Source: Candidatus Brocadiia bacterium
GTDB taxonomy: Bacteria; Planctomycetota; Brocadiia; SM23-32
NCBI GenBank assembly: GCA_046538485.1
Contig: JBKHIT010000032.1
Location: 1-53,909, forward strand
DNA length: 53,909 bases
Direction: 5' to 3'
The translations under genes were made by a program, and so were the position numbers. This document shows, piece after piece, positions 45,148-53,909 of the stretch (the stretch's first letter is position 1; every line of letters begins with the position of its first letter). The notes below the pieces were generated by a model. It did not search any database. It was given only the letters and a program-made list of their open reading frames with translations, and was not told the origin of the DNA.

Positions 45148-47886
45148 ATGGCAACTGTGCCCGGGCCGCAACCGGCCGAAGATGATCAAGGCGGACACAG
45201 CGTGGCTTACCGTGTGGTACGCGCTATGTTTGTGGTCGTGTTTTTCTGGATGTTCTGGAAATTCGGCGGCTTCCTGCTCAATATGCTTGTGGGGAGTCTC
45301 TACCAGGCCGGGGCGAAATCGGATGCCTATTTTTTTGCGGCCCAGTCGGTTGTCTACCTGCTGATTTTCTCCTGCCTGTTGAAGATTCTTATCCCTGCAT
45401 TTACACCTGTTTTTATTGAGGAGAAAAATAAACGGGGCGAGGATGCAGCCTGGGATTTCGCGAGCACGGTTCTCAACTTCACACTTCTGGGGTGCGGGGT
45501 TCTGCTCGTCATTTTCTATGCCTACGCCGAGCCGATAACCGATACTCTCGTGAGAGGTTTCGGTGATGAAGCGCGGACGCTCGGTATCCAGCTGTTGAGA
45601 TGGATTTTGCCCGGAGCGGCGTTGATGGTCCTGTATCTGCCGATGCGGGCCATTCTCAACAGCTATAAGATTTTCAGCTACCCTTCGGCCGCCGAGGCAA
45701 CACAAAAAATCGTCTGGGCTGTCGGGCTTTTCGTAACCTATCGTTTCCTGCATCTGGGAATATTCGCCATCGCCGTGGGGTTCCTGATCGGCACGGTCGG
45801 TATGGCTCTTGTCACACTTTTTGGTCTGCGCGATTACGCGGGTAATTATCACCCGGGTTTTCCCGCCATGCGGAAACGCCGTTTTGTGATCGAAGGCCTG
45901 GTTGCTGTGGTTTTTCTTTTCTGTACCATCGCCGCGCTCATGGTGGCCGATCGAGTGATCCCTCTGGCCTCGAAATATCGGGATATCACCCAGCTCTCGG
46001 TCGCCCTCGTTGCTGTGGTGTCCTACACGGGGTTTTTGTGGATGCGGTGTAAAGATCGGGAGGGCGTGATGGCCCGATTTGCCACGCTGGCGGCCCCTCT
46101 TGTCATCAGCACCGTGTTTGCGGCCTGGCGGGACGTGGTGACCTATTATTTCCAGTCTTTTACGACTCGCGGCGTGTTTTCCGACATCGAATACGGGCGC
46201 CGGATCGTCTTTGTTCCGACCACAATTGTCGCTTACGGCCTGTCGGTGGCGATGTTCCCGTATCTGTGCGAGCTGGCCAGCAATAAAGAGAATAAGGTGC
46301 TGGGGGAACTCGTAACGAAAGCCATGCGGATGCTGGCCCTTGGTTTCGTGCCGCTCACGGTGATGACGATCATTCTGGCCGATCCGATTGCGCGGTTGGT
46401 TCTGGATCGCGGGAACTGGCCGCCGGTCCACCTGCAATATACGGCTCTCGCGCTGGCGTTGTTGGCCCTCGGGTTGGTGATGTACGCGTGGGAGATGGTC
46501 ATTATGCAGGGTTTTTTCAGCCTCCAAAAGATGTGGACACCGGCTCTGATGGGAATTGCTGGCACGGTTTTTCAATTTGCTTTTCTGGCTATTCCTATCT
46601 ACTGGTTGAGATATGACTATCCGATCCATGTTTTCTTCCTGGCGGCGCTGGCGTATCCGGTGTCCCGCTATTTCAAAGATTTGATACTTCTGGGACTGCT
46701 CAAGCAACACGTGTCTGTGTTGCCTCTGCGGAAGACGGCGTGGTTTACGTTAAAATTATTGGTACTGACGGCTGCGGTGGGCGGTGCTACCTGGGTCGTG
46801 AACCGTCAGGTCGCGCAGAGGATTGATTACACCTCCACACGCCAGCATAAACTCGTTGTGAGTAATTTCGAGACTGGCCCGGATACGTGGTTCTCGGTCA
46901 ATGCGTCGGATATCGGGATCGAAAAGTCTCCGGCGGGAGATCTGGCCGTGGCAATGCAGCACAAAAGGCAGGGCAACGTCCGCTGCTCCATCTACCGTCG
47001 TCTGGCAGGTCTGAGGCTTGATTCACTCGAGGAAGTGCTCGTCCGGTTCCACGCTATGGTCCGGGACCCGGCCGGCGGAATCGTGGTTGAGGGCGAGCGC
47101 AAAAAGGGTTTTGAGACGGTCTTTGAAGGCGATATCTCCCATGAAGACTGGACCGAGTGTGAGTTCAGCCTCGCGGAACCGTCGCAAGTCGAAACGCTGC
47201 ACTGGCGGGAAGCGGCATCGGACCGGAAAAAACCCAACGTTCTTTACATCCGTGAGGTCACGATAAGCGGTCCAGAAGGGCGGGAGATCTGGACGGAGAA
47301 TTTTGCGCAACCCGGGTGGAGTGTGCTGTCTACCAGCGATTCTCAGGTGCCCACCCTGCAGAATACGCGGTTGGACGAGGAAGCTTCCCGATACGCTCTG
47401 CGCATCCCGGCCGGTGGAGTGGAACGCGACCTTTCGGGGTACAATTTCTCGGGGACCGAACTTTTCCGATGCCGGCTCCGGAACACCACCGGAGAACCTG
47501 CCACGGCCCGGATAGCCCTCCACTCGGGTGATAAACGGGTCGAGCAGGAAGTTGATCTTGAACCTGACGGCTGGCAGAAAATCGATCTGACGGCGGAGAA
47601 ACTCGGTTTCAAGAACCTGGAACGTTTCCAGGCCATTGATGGCGTAACCATATCGGTTCCCCGGGACGGTATTTTCCTGGACGACGTGACCTTCCGGCGT
47701 CCTCCCAGTGCGAAATACGAGTTGCAGAAACTTATTCATTGTGTGATTCCGACACTGGGCGGAATGATTGTCGGTTTGGTTACACTTCTGCTGCTGCGGT
47801 TCGACGAAACGTCCGACGTGATCCAGTGGGTGAAGAATAAGGGCTGGCAACGGAGCGAAGAGGATGCGGAAGAGATGCTGGAATGA
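45148..47886 (+). CDS. murJ: MurJ/MviN-family lipid-linked oligosaccharide flippase with large inserted soluble domain
   Basis: GAKSDAYF, PAFTPVF, ILNSYKIFSYP, AAPLVIS, YGRRIVFVP, SVAMFP, ARLVLDRG, GFFSLQKMWTP. GAGG RBS before ATG 45148. Confidence 0.85.
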   Translation: MATVPGPQPAEDDQGGHSVAYRVVRAMFVVVFFWMFWKFGGFLLNMLVGSLYQAGAKSDAYFFAAQSVVYLLIFSCLLKILIPAFTPVFIEEKNKRGEDAAWDFASTVLNFTLLGCGVLLVIFYAYAEPITDTLVRGFGDEARTLGIQLLRWILPGAALMVLYLPMRAILNSYKIFSYPSAAEATQKIVWAVGLFVTYRFLHLGIFAIAVGFLIGTVGMALVTLFGLRDYAGNYHPGFPAMRKRRFVIEGLVAVVFLFCTIAALMVADRVIPLASKYRDITQLSVALVAVVSYTGFLWMRCKDREGVMARFATLAAPLVISTVFAAWRDVVTYYFQSFTTRGVFSDIEYGRRIVFVPTTIVAYGLSVAMFPYLCELASNKENKVLGELVTKAMRMLALGFVPLTVMTIILADPIARLVLDRGNWPPVHLQYTALALALLALGLVMYAWEMVIMQGFFSLQKMWTPALMGIAGTVFQFAFLAIPIYWLRYDYPIHVFFLAALAYPVSRYFKDLILLGLLKQHVSVLPLRKTAWFTLKLLVLTAAVGGATWVVNRQVAQRIDYTSTRQHKLVVSNFETGPDTWFSVNASDIGIEKSPAGDLAVAMQHKRQGNVRCSIYRRLAGLRLDSLEEVLVRFHAMVRDPAGGIVVEGERKKGFETVFEGDISHEDWTECEFSLAEPSQVETLHWREAASDRKKPNVLYIREVTISGPEGREIWTENFAQPGWSVLSTSDSQVPTLQNTRLDEEASRYALRIPAGGVERDLSGYNFSGTELFRCRLRNTTGEPATARIALHSGDKRVEQEVDLEPDGWQKIDLTAEKLGFKNLERFQAIDGVTISVPRDGIFLDDVTFRRPPSAKYELQKLIHCVIPTLGGMIVGLVTLLLLRFDETSDVIQWVKNKGWQRSEEDAEEMLE

Positions 47887-47899
47887 TTCCTCTACCTGG

Positions 47900-47995
47900 C
47901 CCGGATTTTACGGATAATTGGAAGCCATTCTTGCCCACTCAGGGTAGAATCTTTATGGAACACCGTTCATAACCCTTCTCAGCCAAAAATCCGGG
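47900..47995. mobile_element. 96-bp MITE, copy 2
   Basis: Perfect terminal inverted repeat CCCGGATTTT/AAAATCCGGG; flanks CTGG and CAAG are each one mismatch from CTAG. Confidence 0.85.
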
Positions 47996-48066
47996 CAAGA
48001 ACGGTTGGAAGGGGCTGCTGATCAAACTCATAGGTGCACAACTCCTGCAAAAAGTTAAAAAACTTT

Positions 48067-49224
48067 ATGACTGAGAAGATAAAAATCCTGATCGCCATGG
48101 AAGGGGTTCTCGGGGGGACTTTGCGGCATCTGGATTATCTGCTCAGGTATGCTGATCCAGAGGAATTTGAGATCCATCTTACGGTTTCAGCGAACCGCGC
48201 ACCTCACGTGCGGGCCGATTTCCGCCGCTGGTCCGAAGGTGGTTGGAAGGTCCATGAAATTGCTATGCGACGTGAGCCGCGCCCTTCGATCGACCTTCAG
48301 ACTCTGAGACGTGTGGTGCGCCTCTGTCATCAGCACCGTTTTGATGTCGTCCATACGCACTGTGCTAAGGCGGGTTTTATCGGTCGGCTGGCTGCGAGAT
48401 GCTGCGGCAGCCCTACAATCCATACCCCGCATGTCTTTCCGTTTTCTCATGTGGGTGAGGGGTTGGAACGAACGATGTACCTCGCCCTGGAACGACTGGC
48501 CGCTCGCTGGACGGACAGGTTTGTGGTATTGAGCAATTATCAAAAGAACGTTCTGATCGATTCGATGCCCGTTGACCCTGCCCGGGCGGAACTGATTCCA
48601 AACGGCCTTCTGCCCGAGGAATGGGAGGGCCCCGACCGCCGACAGGCCCGGGAGGCGCTCGATCTGCCGTTGGAGGCGCGGCTGGCCTTATTCGCCGGAC
48701 GTTTCCGCTTGCAGAAAGGGCCGGACATCCTGTTGAGCGCAGCGGAGAAAATGCGCCGGGCGTCCGAGGATCTGAAAATCGTGATGGTGGGAGAAGGACC
48801 CATGGAAGACTGGATCCGGTCCAGAATCCGGTCGCAGGGGCTGAGCGAGCGGGTGCTGTTTTGTGGCTATTCCGACAGTATGCCTCTCTACTACGCCGCC
48901 AGCGACCTCGTGGTGATGCCTTCCCGAGCGGAGGGAATGCCCTATGTCTTGCTGGAAGCCAAGGCCGCGGGCCGCCCTGTTGTTGCGACCCTTGTGACCG
49001 GTATGGAAGAGTTTGTCGCACACGGCAAAGATGGTTTTTTGATACCGCCGGAACATCCCGGCGCGCTGGCAAACACATTACAGGAGCTGTTGTCGTCGCC
49101 TGAGCGACTGAAGGCGGTGGGTAAGGCCGCTCGGGCCGATTTTCGCGAGTGCTGGGAAGCTCCGGCCGCCGCGGAGGCGGTGTTTAACCTCTACCGGGAG
49201 TTGGGCGGTGGCGCAGAGCAATAA
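48067..49224 (+). CDS. Glycosyltransferase family 4
   Basis: DVVHTH..KAG..GRLAA, IHTPH, IPNG, AGRF..QKG, VGEGP, PSRAEG.P..LLEA.AAGRPVVAT. Confidence 0.93.
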   Translation: MTEKIKILIAMEGVLGGTLRHLDYLLRYADPEEFEIHLTVSANRAPHVRADFRRWSEGGWKVHEIAMRREPRPSIDLQTLRRVVRLCHQHRFDVVHTHCAKAGFIGRLAARCCGSPTIHTPHVFPFSHVGEGLERTMYLALERLAARWTDRFVVLSNYQKNVLIDSMPVDPARAELIPNGLLPEEWEGPDRRQAREALDLPLEARLALFAGRFRLQKGPDILLSAAEKMRRASEDLKIVMVGEGPMEDWIRSRIRSQGLSERVLFCGYSDSMPLYYAASDLVVMPSRAEGMPYVLLEAKAAGRPVVATLVTGMEEFVAHGKDGFLIPPEHPGALANTLQELLSSPERLKAVGKAARADFRECWEAPAAAEAVFNLYRELGGGAEQ

Positions 49225-49231
49225 TTTCTGG

Positions 49232-50615
49232 CTACGGCAAATATTCCGTAATATGCCGCCGGGTCCAGGAATTGAGCAGCGGGTCGGAGATCTTTTCCAT
49301 CCATTCCAGCAGGCGTCCTTTTAGCCGGTGAACTTCCCCGCGGTGCGCTGAGTCCAATGCCCGATTGTCCAGTTCTCCCGGATCTTCGCCTAAATCATAG
49401 AACTCCGGTTTCCCGGTCGCGTGGTAGATCAGTTTATACCGCTTGTCCCGCACCATACGCGTGCTCCAGAGCCCCATCTGGCATCCCTGGTACATAGAGA
49501 ATATGTCTTCCCGTGGAGTATCGTTCTCGCCATTCACCATTCCGATGAGGTCGAGCCCTTCGAATGTGTCGGGTGGTTCCACGCCGGCCGCCCGACAGAT
49601 TGTGCTGGCCAGGTCGATGGAATGGGATACGAACCCGTCGTATTCTTCTTCCTCGGGCAGGCCGTCAGGACAGCGCATGATCAGGGGCACCCGCATGATG
49701 TCGTCGTAACCGGAATAATGTTTATCCATCATTCCGTGTCCACCGCAGAAATCGCCGTGGTCGGTCGTGTAGATGACGAGGGTCTTATCGGCCACCCCCC
49801 AGCCGGTCAAGCGCTTCCAAAAGTTTTCCGATCTGAGCGTCCAGCAGCGCGACGACTCCGAGATAGCGTCCCACAACCGGGGACCAATCGTCCCAGTCCC
49901 AGCCGTCGATGTCCCATCGCTGACGCTGGAGTCTCTGGATATAGGGTTTACCTTCCAGCGAGTCGGGGAAACCGGGCCACGGAGGTATGGTTTCGGGGGG
50001 GTACATGGAATTGTATGGTTCCGGTGGGAGGCATGGCAGATGAGGTTCGGCGGGATCCCATCGGACAAAGAAGGGTTTATCATCGGCCAGTGATTCTTCC
50101 ATCATTCGGATCGTGTGGTCGGCGCCCCAGGCCAGCCGGCTCTGATTGGGCTTAATGTGGGGATCGACTTCCCCGAACCAGCCGTTCGAACGCTCAAGCA
50201 GCGCGAGGTCCTGTTCCTGGCGCCACTGGCGATACTTCCCCTGGGAGACGTATTCGCTGACGCCGTAAGCCGTGGGAGACTTTTGCAATTCCTGATGATA
50301 TTTCCCGACGTACCGAATGTCGTATCCGGCTTCGCTCAGCAGCTCGAAGACGTTTGGCAGACCGGCGTGCATGGGCCGGTAACTCTCGGTGTTCGGTATG
50401 TTGATGCAGCCGTGCTGTGTGGGCCAGAGCCCGGAGATCAACGATCCGCGGGCGGGAGAACAGATCGGCGACGGTGTGAAAGCATGGCGGAAATTAACCC
50501 CATCCGCCGTGAGACGGTCCATATTCGGGGTTTCCAGGATGGGATGTCCGTTGCATCCCACACAGTCGTAGCGGTGCTGATCGCTGTGGATGAGGAGGAT
50601 ATTTGTTTTTCCCAT
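49232..50615 (-). pseudogene. Cys-type sulfatase, split by a +1 frameshift in a 6-G run (49795-49800)
   Basis: The 5' ORF has NILLIHSDQHR, CSPARGS, GKYH and PHLP; the 3' ORF has IYTTDHGD..GGH..DK, RVPLI and FYDL..DPGE. Deleting one G fuses them as LDRLGVADKTL. Confidence 0.88.
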
Positions 50616-50710
50616 GACAGCCCGTTTTAGGTTGCTCTATTGGCAGCTGATAAGTAAAGGGATATTAACAAAAATAGAACTTCCATGCATGGAACACAGA
50701 GGCTTCCTGC

Positions 50711-50740
50711 CGTCCGTGCTCGTCCGTGTTTGTCCGTGGG
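50711..50740 (+). repeat. Three tandem 10-bp units (xGTCCGTGxx)
   Basis: CGTCCGTGCT-CGTCCGTGTT-TGTCCGTGGG in the divergent intergenic region. Confidence 0.6.
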
Positions 50741-50847
50741 CTCCACGGCCGCAGGGCCGCTGCAACTTTGACAGCATCCGCAGGGAGCGATATAAACTCT
50801 TTTTCTGTGTTGTCGCTGATGGAGCGTTTCGCCGCTGGAGGTCGCTT

Positions 50848-52278
50848 ATGCTGGATTACGTTAAGTTCAAACAGCCTGTCGTGCTTGGCCTGCTTCCCAC
50901 CCAACGGGGAATTTATGATCCCGACATTCCCGGTCGCCAGGGGAGGAAACTGAAGAAGAAACTTGCAGAACTTGAAGTTGATTTTGTCTCACTCGACTGG
51001 TTGAACGATGACGGATTGCTTTCGGATCCGGGCGACGCGGAGAAAATTGCCGCGCGCTTCGCGAAAAAGAAGGTGGATGCCGTATTTGTTGCCCACTGCG
51101 ATTTCGGGTCTGAACTTGCGGTCGGTCGAACCTGCAAAGCGGTGGGGAAACCGGTTTTACTATGGGGACCTCGAGATGGAGATCCGGGTTCCGATGGGGT
51201 TCGTGAACGCGACACCCAATGCGGAATCTTTCCGAGCGGGAAAATCCTCCGGCGGATGGATGTGCCGTTCTCCTATATCGTGAACTGTTCTCCCGAGGAT
51301 GAGGTGTTTGAGCGTGGTCTCGATAATTTCCTCCGGGCAGTGAACGTTGCGCGTTGCGTGGAAGGAGCCCGGATCGGCCAGGTCAGCACCCGGCCAGGTT
51401 CCTTTACCAGCGTCATCTGCAATGAAGGGGAACTTCTCGAACGTTTCGGTATAGAAGTCGTTCCTGCCGCCCTCAGCAAACTGACCGGCGAAGCAAAAGC
51501 ACGGCTGGATTCGGAGGAAACGCGACGGGAACGGGAAGAGATTTACGAGAAAGCCGAGGTTCAGGTGGATGAGGAAGAGATGTTGAAAGTCGCGGCCCTC
51601 AAACTCGCCGTCAAAGACTGGGCCGTGGAGCAACGTCTCGATGGCATCGCCCTGCAGTGCTGGAGTGCGCTCCAGTCCGAACTGGGCGTTTGCTCCTGTT
51701 TTGTGCATGGCGAAATGACGGATCTGGGCGTTCCGATGGCGTGTGAGACCGACATCCACGGGGCTGTCAGCGCGGTGGCGGCGCAGGCGGCTGCGTGGGG
51801 CGAATCGGCCCCGTTTTTCGCCGACCTTACCGTCCGACACCCGGAAAATGACAACGCTGAACTGCTCTGGCACTGCGGGCCGTTCCCGCTCTCGCTGGCA
51901 AAAGGCGATCCTGAGATCCGCCCGCATTTCGGGATGGATGTCGGAGCGGTGGGACACTGGGAGATCCGCGGTGGCGACGTCACGCTTGTGCGGTTTGACG
52001 GCGATCGCGGTCGCTACCGAATGTTTACCGGGCATGCCCGAGGGACGGACGGTCCGGCGACCTACGGAACGTATCTGTGGGTGGAAGTCAACGATTGGCC
52101 CCGCTGGGAAGAACGACTGGTCTGCGGGCCGTATGTCCATCACATCGTGGGTGTCCACGGCAAGCTCGCCCCGGTCTTCTATGAAGCCTGCAAGTTTATC
52201 GGCGATGTCGAGCCCGATCTAATTGACCCCGAAGAGAAGGAGATACGCGCCTATCTCCGTGGCACGGCGCAGCTCTGA
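50848..52278 (+). CDS. L-fucose/L-arabinose isomerase family protein
   Basis: HCDFGSE, PVLLWGPRD, RDTQCG, AL.CW..LQ, ACETDIHGA, ELLWHCGPFP, GPYVHH. GGAGG RBS before ATG 50848. Confidence 0.88.
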   Translation: MLDYVKFKQPVVLGLLPTQRGIYDPDIPGRQGRKLKKKLAELEVDFVSLDWLNDDGLLSDPGDAEKIAARFAKKKVDAVFVAHCDFGSELAVGRTCKAVGKPVLLWGPRDGDPGSDGVRERDTQCGIFPSGKILRRMDVPFSYIVNCSPEDEVFERGLDNFLRAVNVARCVEGARIGQVSTRPGSFTSVICNEGELLERFGIEVVPAALSKLTGEAKARLDSEETRREREEIYEKAEVQVDEEEMLKVAALKLAVKDWAVEQRLDGIALQCWSALQSELGVCSCFVHGEMTDLGVPMACETDIHGAVSAVAAQAAAWGESAPFFADLTVRHPENDNAELLWHCGPFPLSLAKGDPEIRPHFGMDVGAVGHWEIRGGDVTLVRFDGDRGRYRMFTGHARGTDGPATYGTYLWVEVNDWPRWEERLVCGPYVHHIVGVHGKLAPVFYEACKFIGDVEPDLIDPEEKEIRAYLRGTAQL

Positions 52279-52303
52279 AGCGAGTGCGAAAGGATTCCAA
52301 ACG

Positions 52304-53491
52304 ATGAAAGACGAAAATTATGGTGTGTTGTTCCCGGAAGGATTCCAGGCCGGTTTTGCTGCCTGCGGGATTAAGAGCGCGGATCTGGATGTGGCGTTGC
52401 TGATAGCCGACGACCCCTGCGTTGCTGCGGGGGTCTTTACGCGGAACAGTTTCGCCGCCGCCCCCGTGCAATGGAACCGGCGGATCCTCCCGAGTGAGAA
52501 ACTGAAAGCCGTGGTTGTGAACTCGGGCAACGCCAACGCCTGCACGGGTGTGAAAGGCATGCGCGACGTCGAAACTTCCGCGCAGTTGGTGGCAGATTTG
52601 ATCGGCTGCGGCCCGGAACAGGTGGCGGTGGCAAGCACAGGCATTATCGGCCACCCGCTGCCGATGGAGAAGTTAACAAGCGGGATTCGCGCCGCTTTTG
52701 ATGCCCTTGGCGCGGCAGAAGAGAGCGCGCAAGGGGCCGCTCGGGCGATAATGACCACCGATACCTACCCGAAATGGACCACCGGAGGCGGGAGGGTTGG
52801 CAAATCGGATTTCAAAGTCGGCGGCATGGCTAAAGGCAGCGGGATGATCTCTCCCGATATGGCGACGATGCTCGGGTTCGTCACCACCGACCTGAAGGCT
52901 TCCGAGGACGTACTGAGCGATACGTTGCGTCGTGTGGCCGACCGGACCTTCAACCGCATCACGGTCGATGGCGACAGCAGCACGAACGATACGGTTCTTC
53001 TCCTGGCGAGTGGCACATCCGGCGCCGATTCCTCCGGGGCAGAACCAGGGGAGATCGAATCGGCCTTTGAAGCCGTGATGGGAAGACTCGCGCGGGAGAT
53101 TGTGCGCGATGGAGAAGGCGCGACGCGTCTGATCGAGGTGGAAGTGATTGGCGCGAAAGACGAACAAGACGCCGAGCGGGCGGCCCGCGCGATTGCCAAT
53201 TCCCCCCTGGTGAAATGCGCGATGAACGGGGGTGACCCGAACTGGGGGCGAATCGTCTGCGCGGCGGGCTACAGCGGGGCCGAAATCAATCCCGAGACTA
53301 CTCGCCTTTCTCTGGGCGATGCGGTGGTTTTTAAGGCCGGCCTTCCCACCGGAGTGGAGGCCGCCGAGGAAGTGTCCGGGGACGAGATTGCCATTCGACT
53401 TGAACTGGGAATGGGGACGGGCGGGGCAACCGTCTGGACGTGTGACCTCTCGAAAGAATACGTGGAGATCAACGCCGAGTATCACACTTGA
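52304..53491 (+). CDS. argJ: Ornithine acetyltransferase / N-acetylglutamate synthase
   Basis: VNSGNANACTG, ASTGIIG, IMTTD, KGSGMI.PDMATML (autocleavage Thr), VDGDSSTND, DGEGAT, DPNWGR, TCDL..EYV.INA.Y. Confidence 0.96.
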   Translation: MKDENYGVLFPEGFQAGFAACGIKSADLDVALLIADDPCVAAGVFTRNSFAAAPVQWNRRILPSEKLKAVVVNSGNANACTGVKGMRDVETSAQLVADLIGCGPEQVAVASTGIIGHPLPMEKLTSGIRAAFDALGAAEESAQGAARAIMTTDTYPKWTTGGGRVGKSDFKVGGMAKGSGMISPDMATMLGFVTTDLKASEDVLSDTLRRVADRTFNRITVDGDSSTNDTVLLLASGTSGADSSGAEPGEIESAFEAVMGRLAREIVRDGEGATRLIEVEVIGAKDEQDAERAARAIANSPLVKCAMNGGDPNWGRIVCAAGYSGAEINPETTRLSLGDAVVFKAGLPTGVEAAEEVSGDEIAIRLELGMGTGGATVWTCDLSKEYVEINAEYHT

Positions 53492-53789
53492 GCTCCAGGC
53501 CAACCGGGGGCAAAAGGTGTTTCAGTGTGAGACAATAGCGGGCTTTTATTACGGGGCGTTTGAGAATAATGGGACAAAAAACTGAGCTCGTGGCGTCAGG
53601 CAACGGAATCATGTCTATTTATGGCACAGATAGTTTTTGTGGCACAATTGTTGCACAATAGCTAACGGTTGCGGGGTCGTGTAGGCGACGCTAAAGAGTC
53701 CCCCTCTGTTGTCTACAGGCCTCGCAGCTTCTTTTTTGGGAAACGGGTTTGGTCATCAAACCTCAGGGTATTTGTCGCAGACCGGTTAA

Positions 53790-53909
53790 CCCGCATTTCT
53801 CACGGACCTAAAGTGATAATTATTATAAACGGCATCCCAAAAAGACTTTGCACCATATTTCGCATCTGATCTCAGTACACAGTCTGTAATTCGAGTCTAA
53901 AAACAGCGG
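53790..53909 (-). mobile_element. IS1380-like element end, copy C, running off the window
   Basis: TTAA|CCCGCATTTCTCAC; 70% identical to 329-448; the minus frame ends ...SVRNAG*. Confidence 0.7.

Noticed and set aside
45082..46710. 542-aa minus-strand ORF
   Set aside because: Antisense to the murJ membrane domain, with no motifs of its own.
50590..50847. 86-aa N-terminal extension of the isomerase in the ORF track (similar extensions on murJ, argJ and the cbiL-like gene)
   Set aside because: Downstream ATGs have RBS-like motifs and coincide with the start of family similarity.
51160..53503. Long minus-strand ORFs (332 aa, 276 aa)
   Set aside because: Antisense shadows of the isomerase and argJ in GC-rich DNA.

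Overview
Bacterial chromosomal segment, probably from a planctomycete-like organism (inferred from a DUF1559-type pseudopilin, BatA/vWA-DUF58 genes and the dnaN-DUF721-gyrB order), with many acidic proteins. It appears to span the replication origin: an AT-rich DnaA-box/trio region at about 15.1-15.45 kb sits directly upstream of dnaN-DUF721-gyrB-orf-gyrA, but neither dnaA nor recF is present. Other genes: recA, acpS, gspF/pilC-like, argJ, larC, trmO-like, a radical SAM gene, an ABC export module, a Ni/Co ECF transporter cluster, murJ-like plus a GT4 glycosyltransferase, a frameshifted sulfatase and sugar-metabolism genes. I found no CRISPR array, tRNA or rRNA. The most unusual items are: (1) an NAD-dependent DNA ligase with an apparent signal peptide, intact catalytic and Zn motifs, and no BRCT domain; (2) a MurJ-family flippase with two extra TM helices, a ~300-aa inserted beta-rich domain and altered cationic residues; (3) a PDZ-less trypsin protease fused to FG-GAP/VCBS repeats, upstream of an exported protein and a pseudopilin; (4) a family of IS1380-like scars and MITEs, plus a probable 180-bp in-frame IS-derived insertion inside a gene; (5) a 58-bp copy of the murJ 5' region on the far side of the Ni/Co cluster; (6) a Zn-ribbon/4xGYF acidic protein with a recent 201-bp duplication. 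All family calls come from motif recognition by eye; no searches were run.
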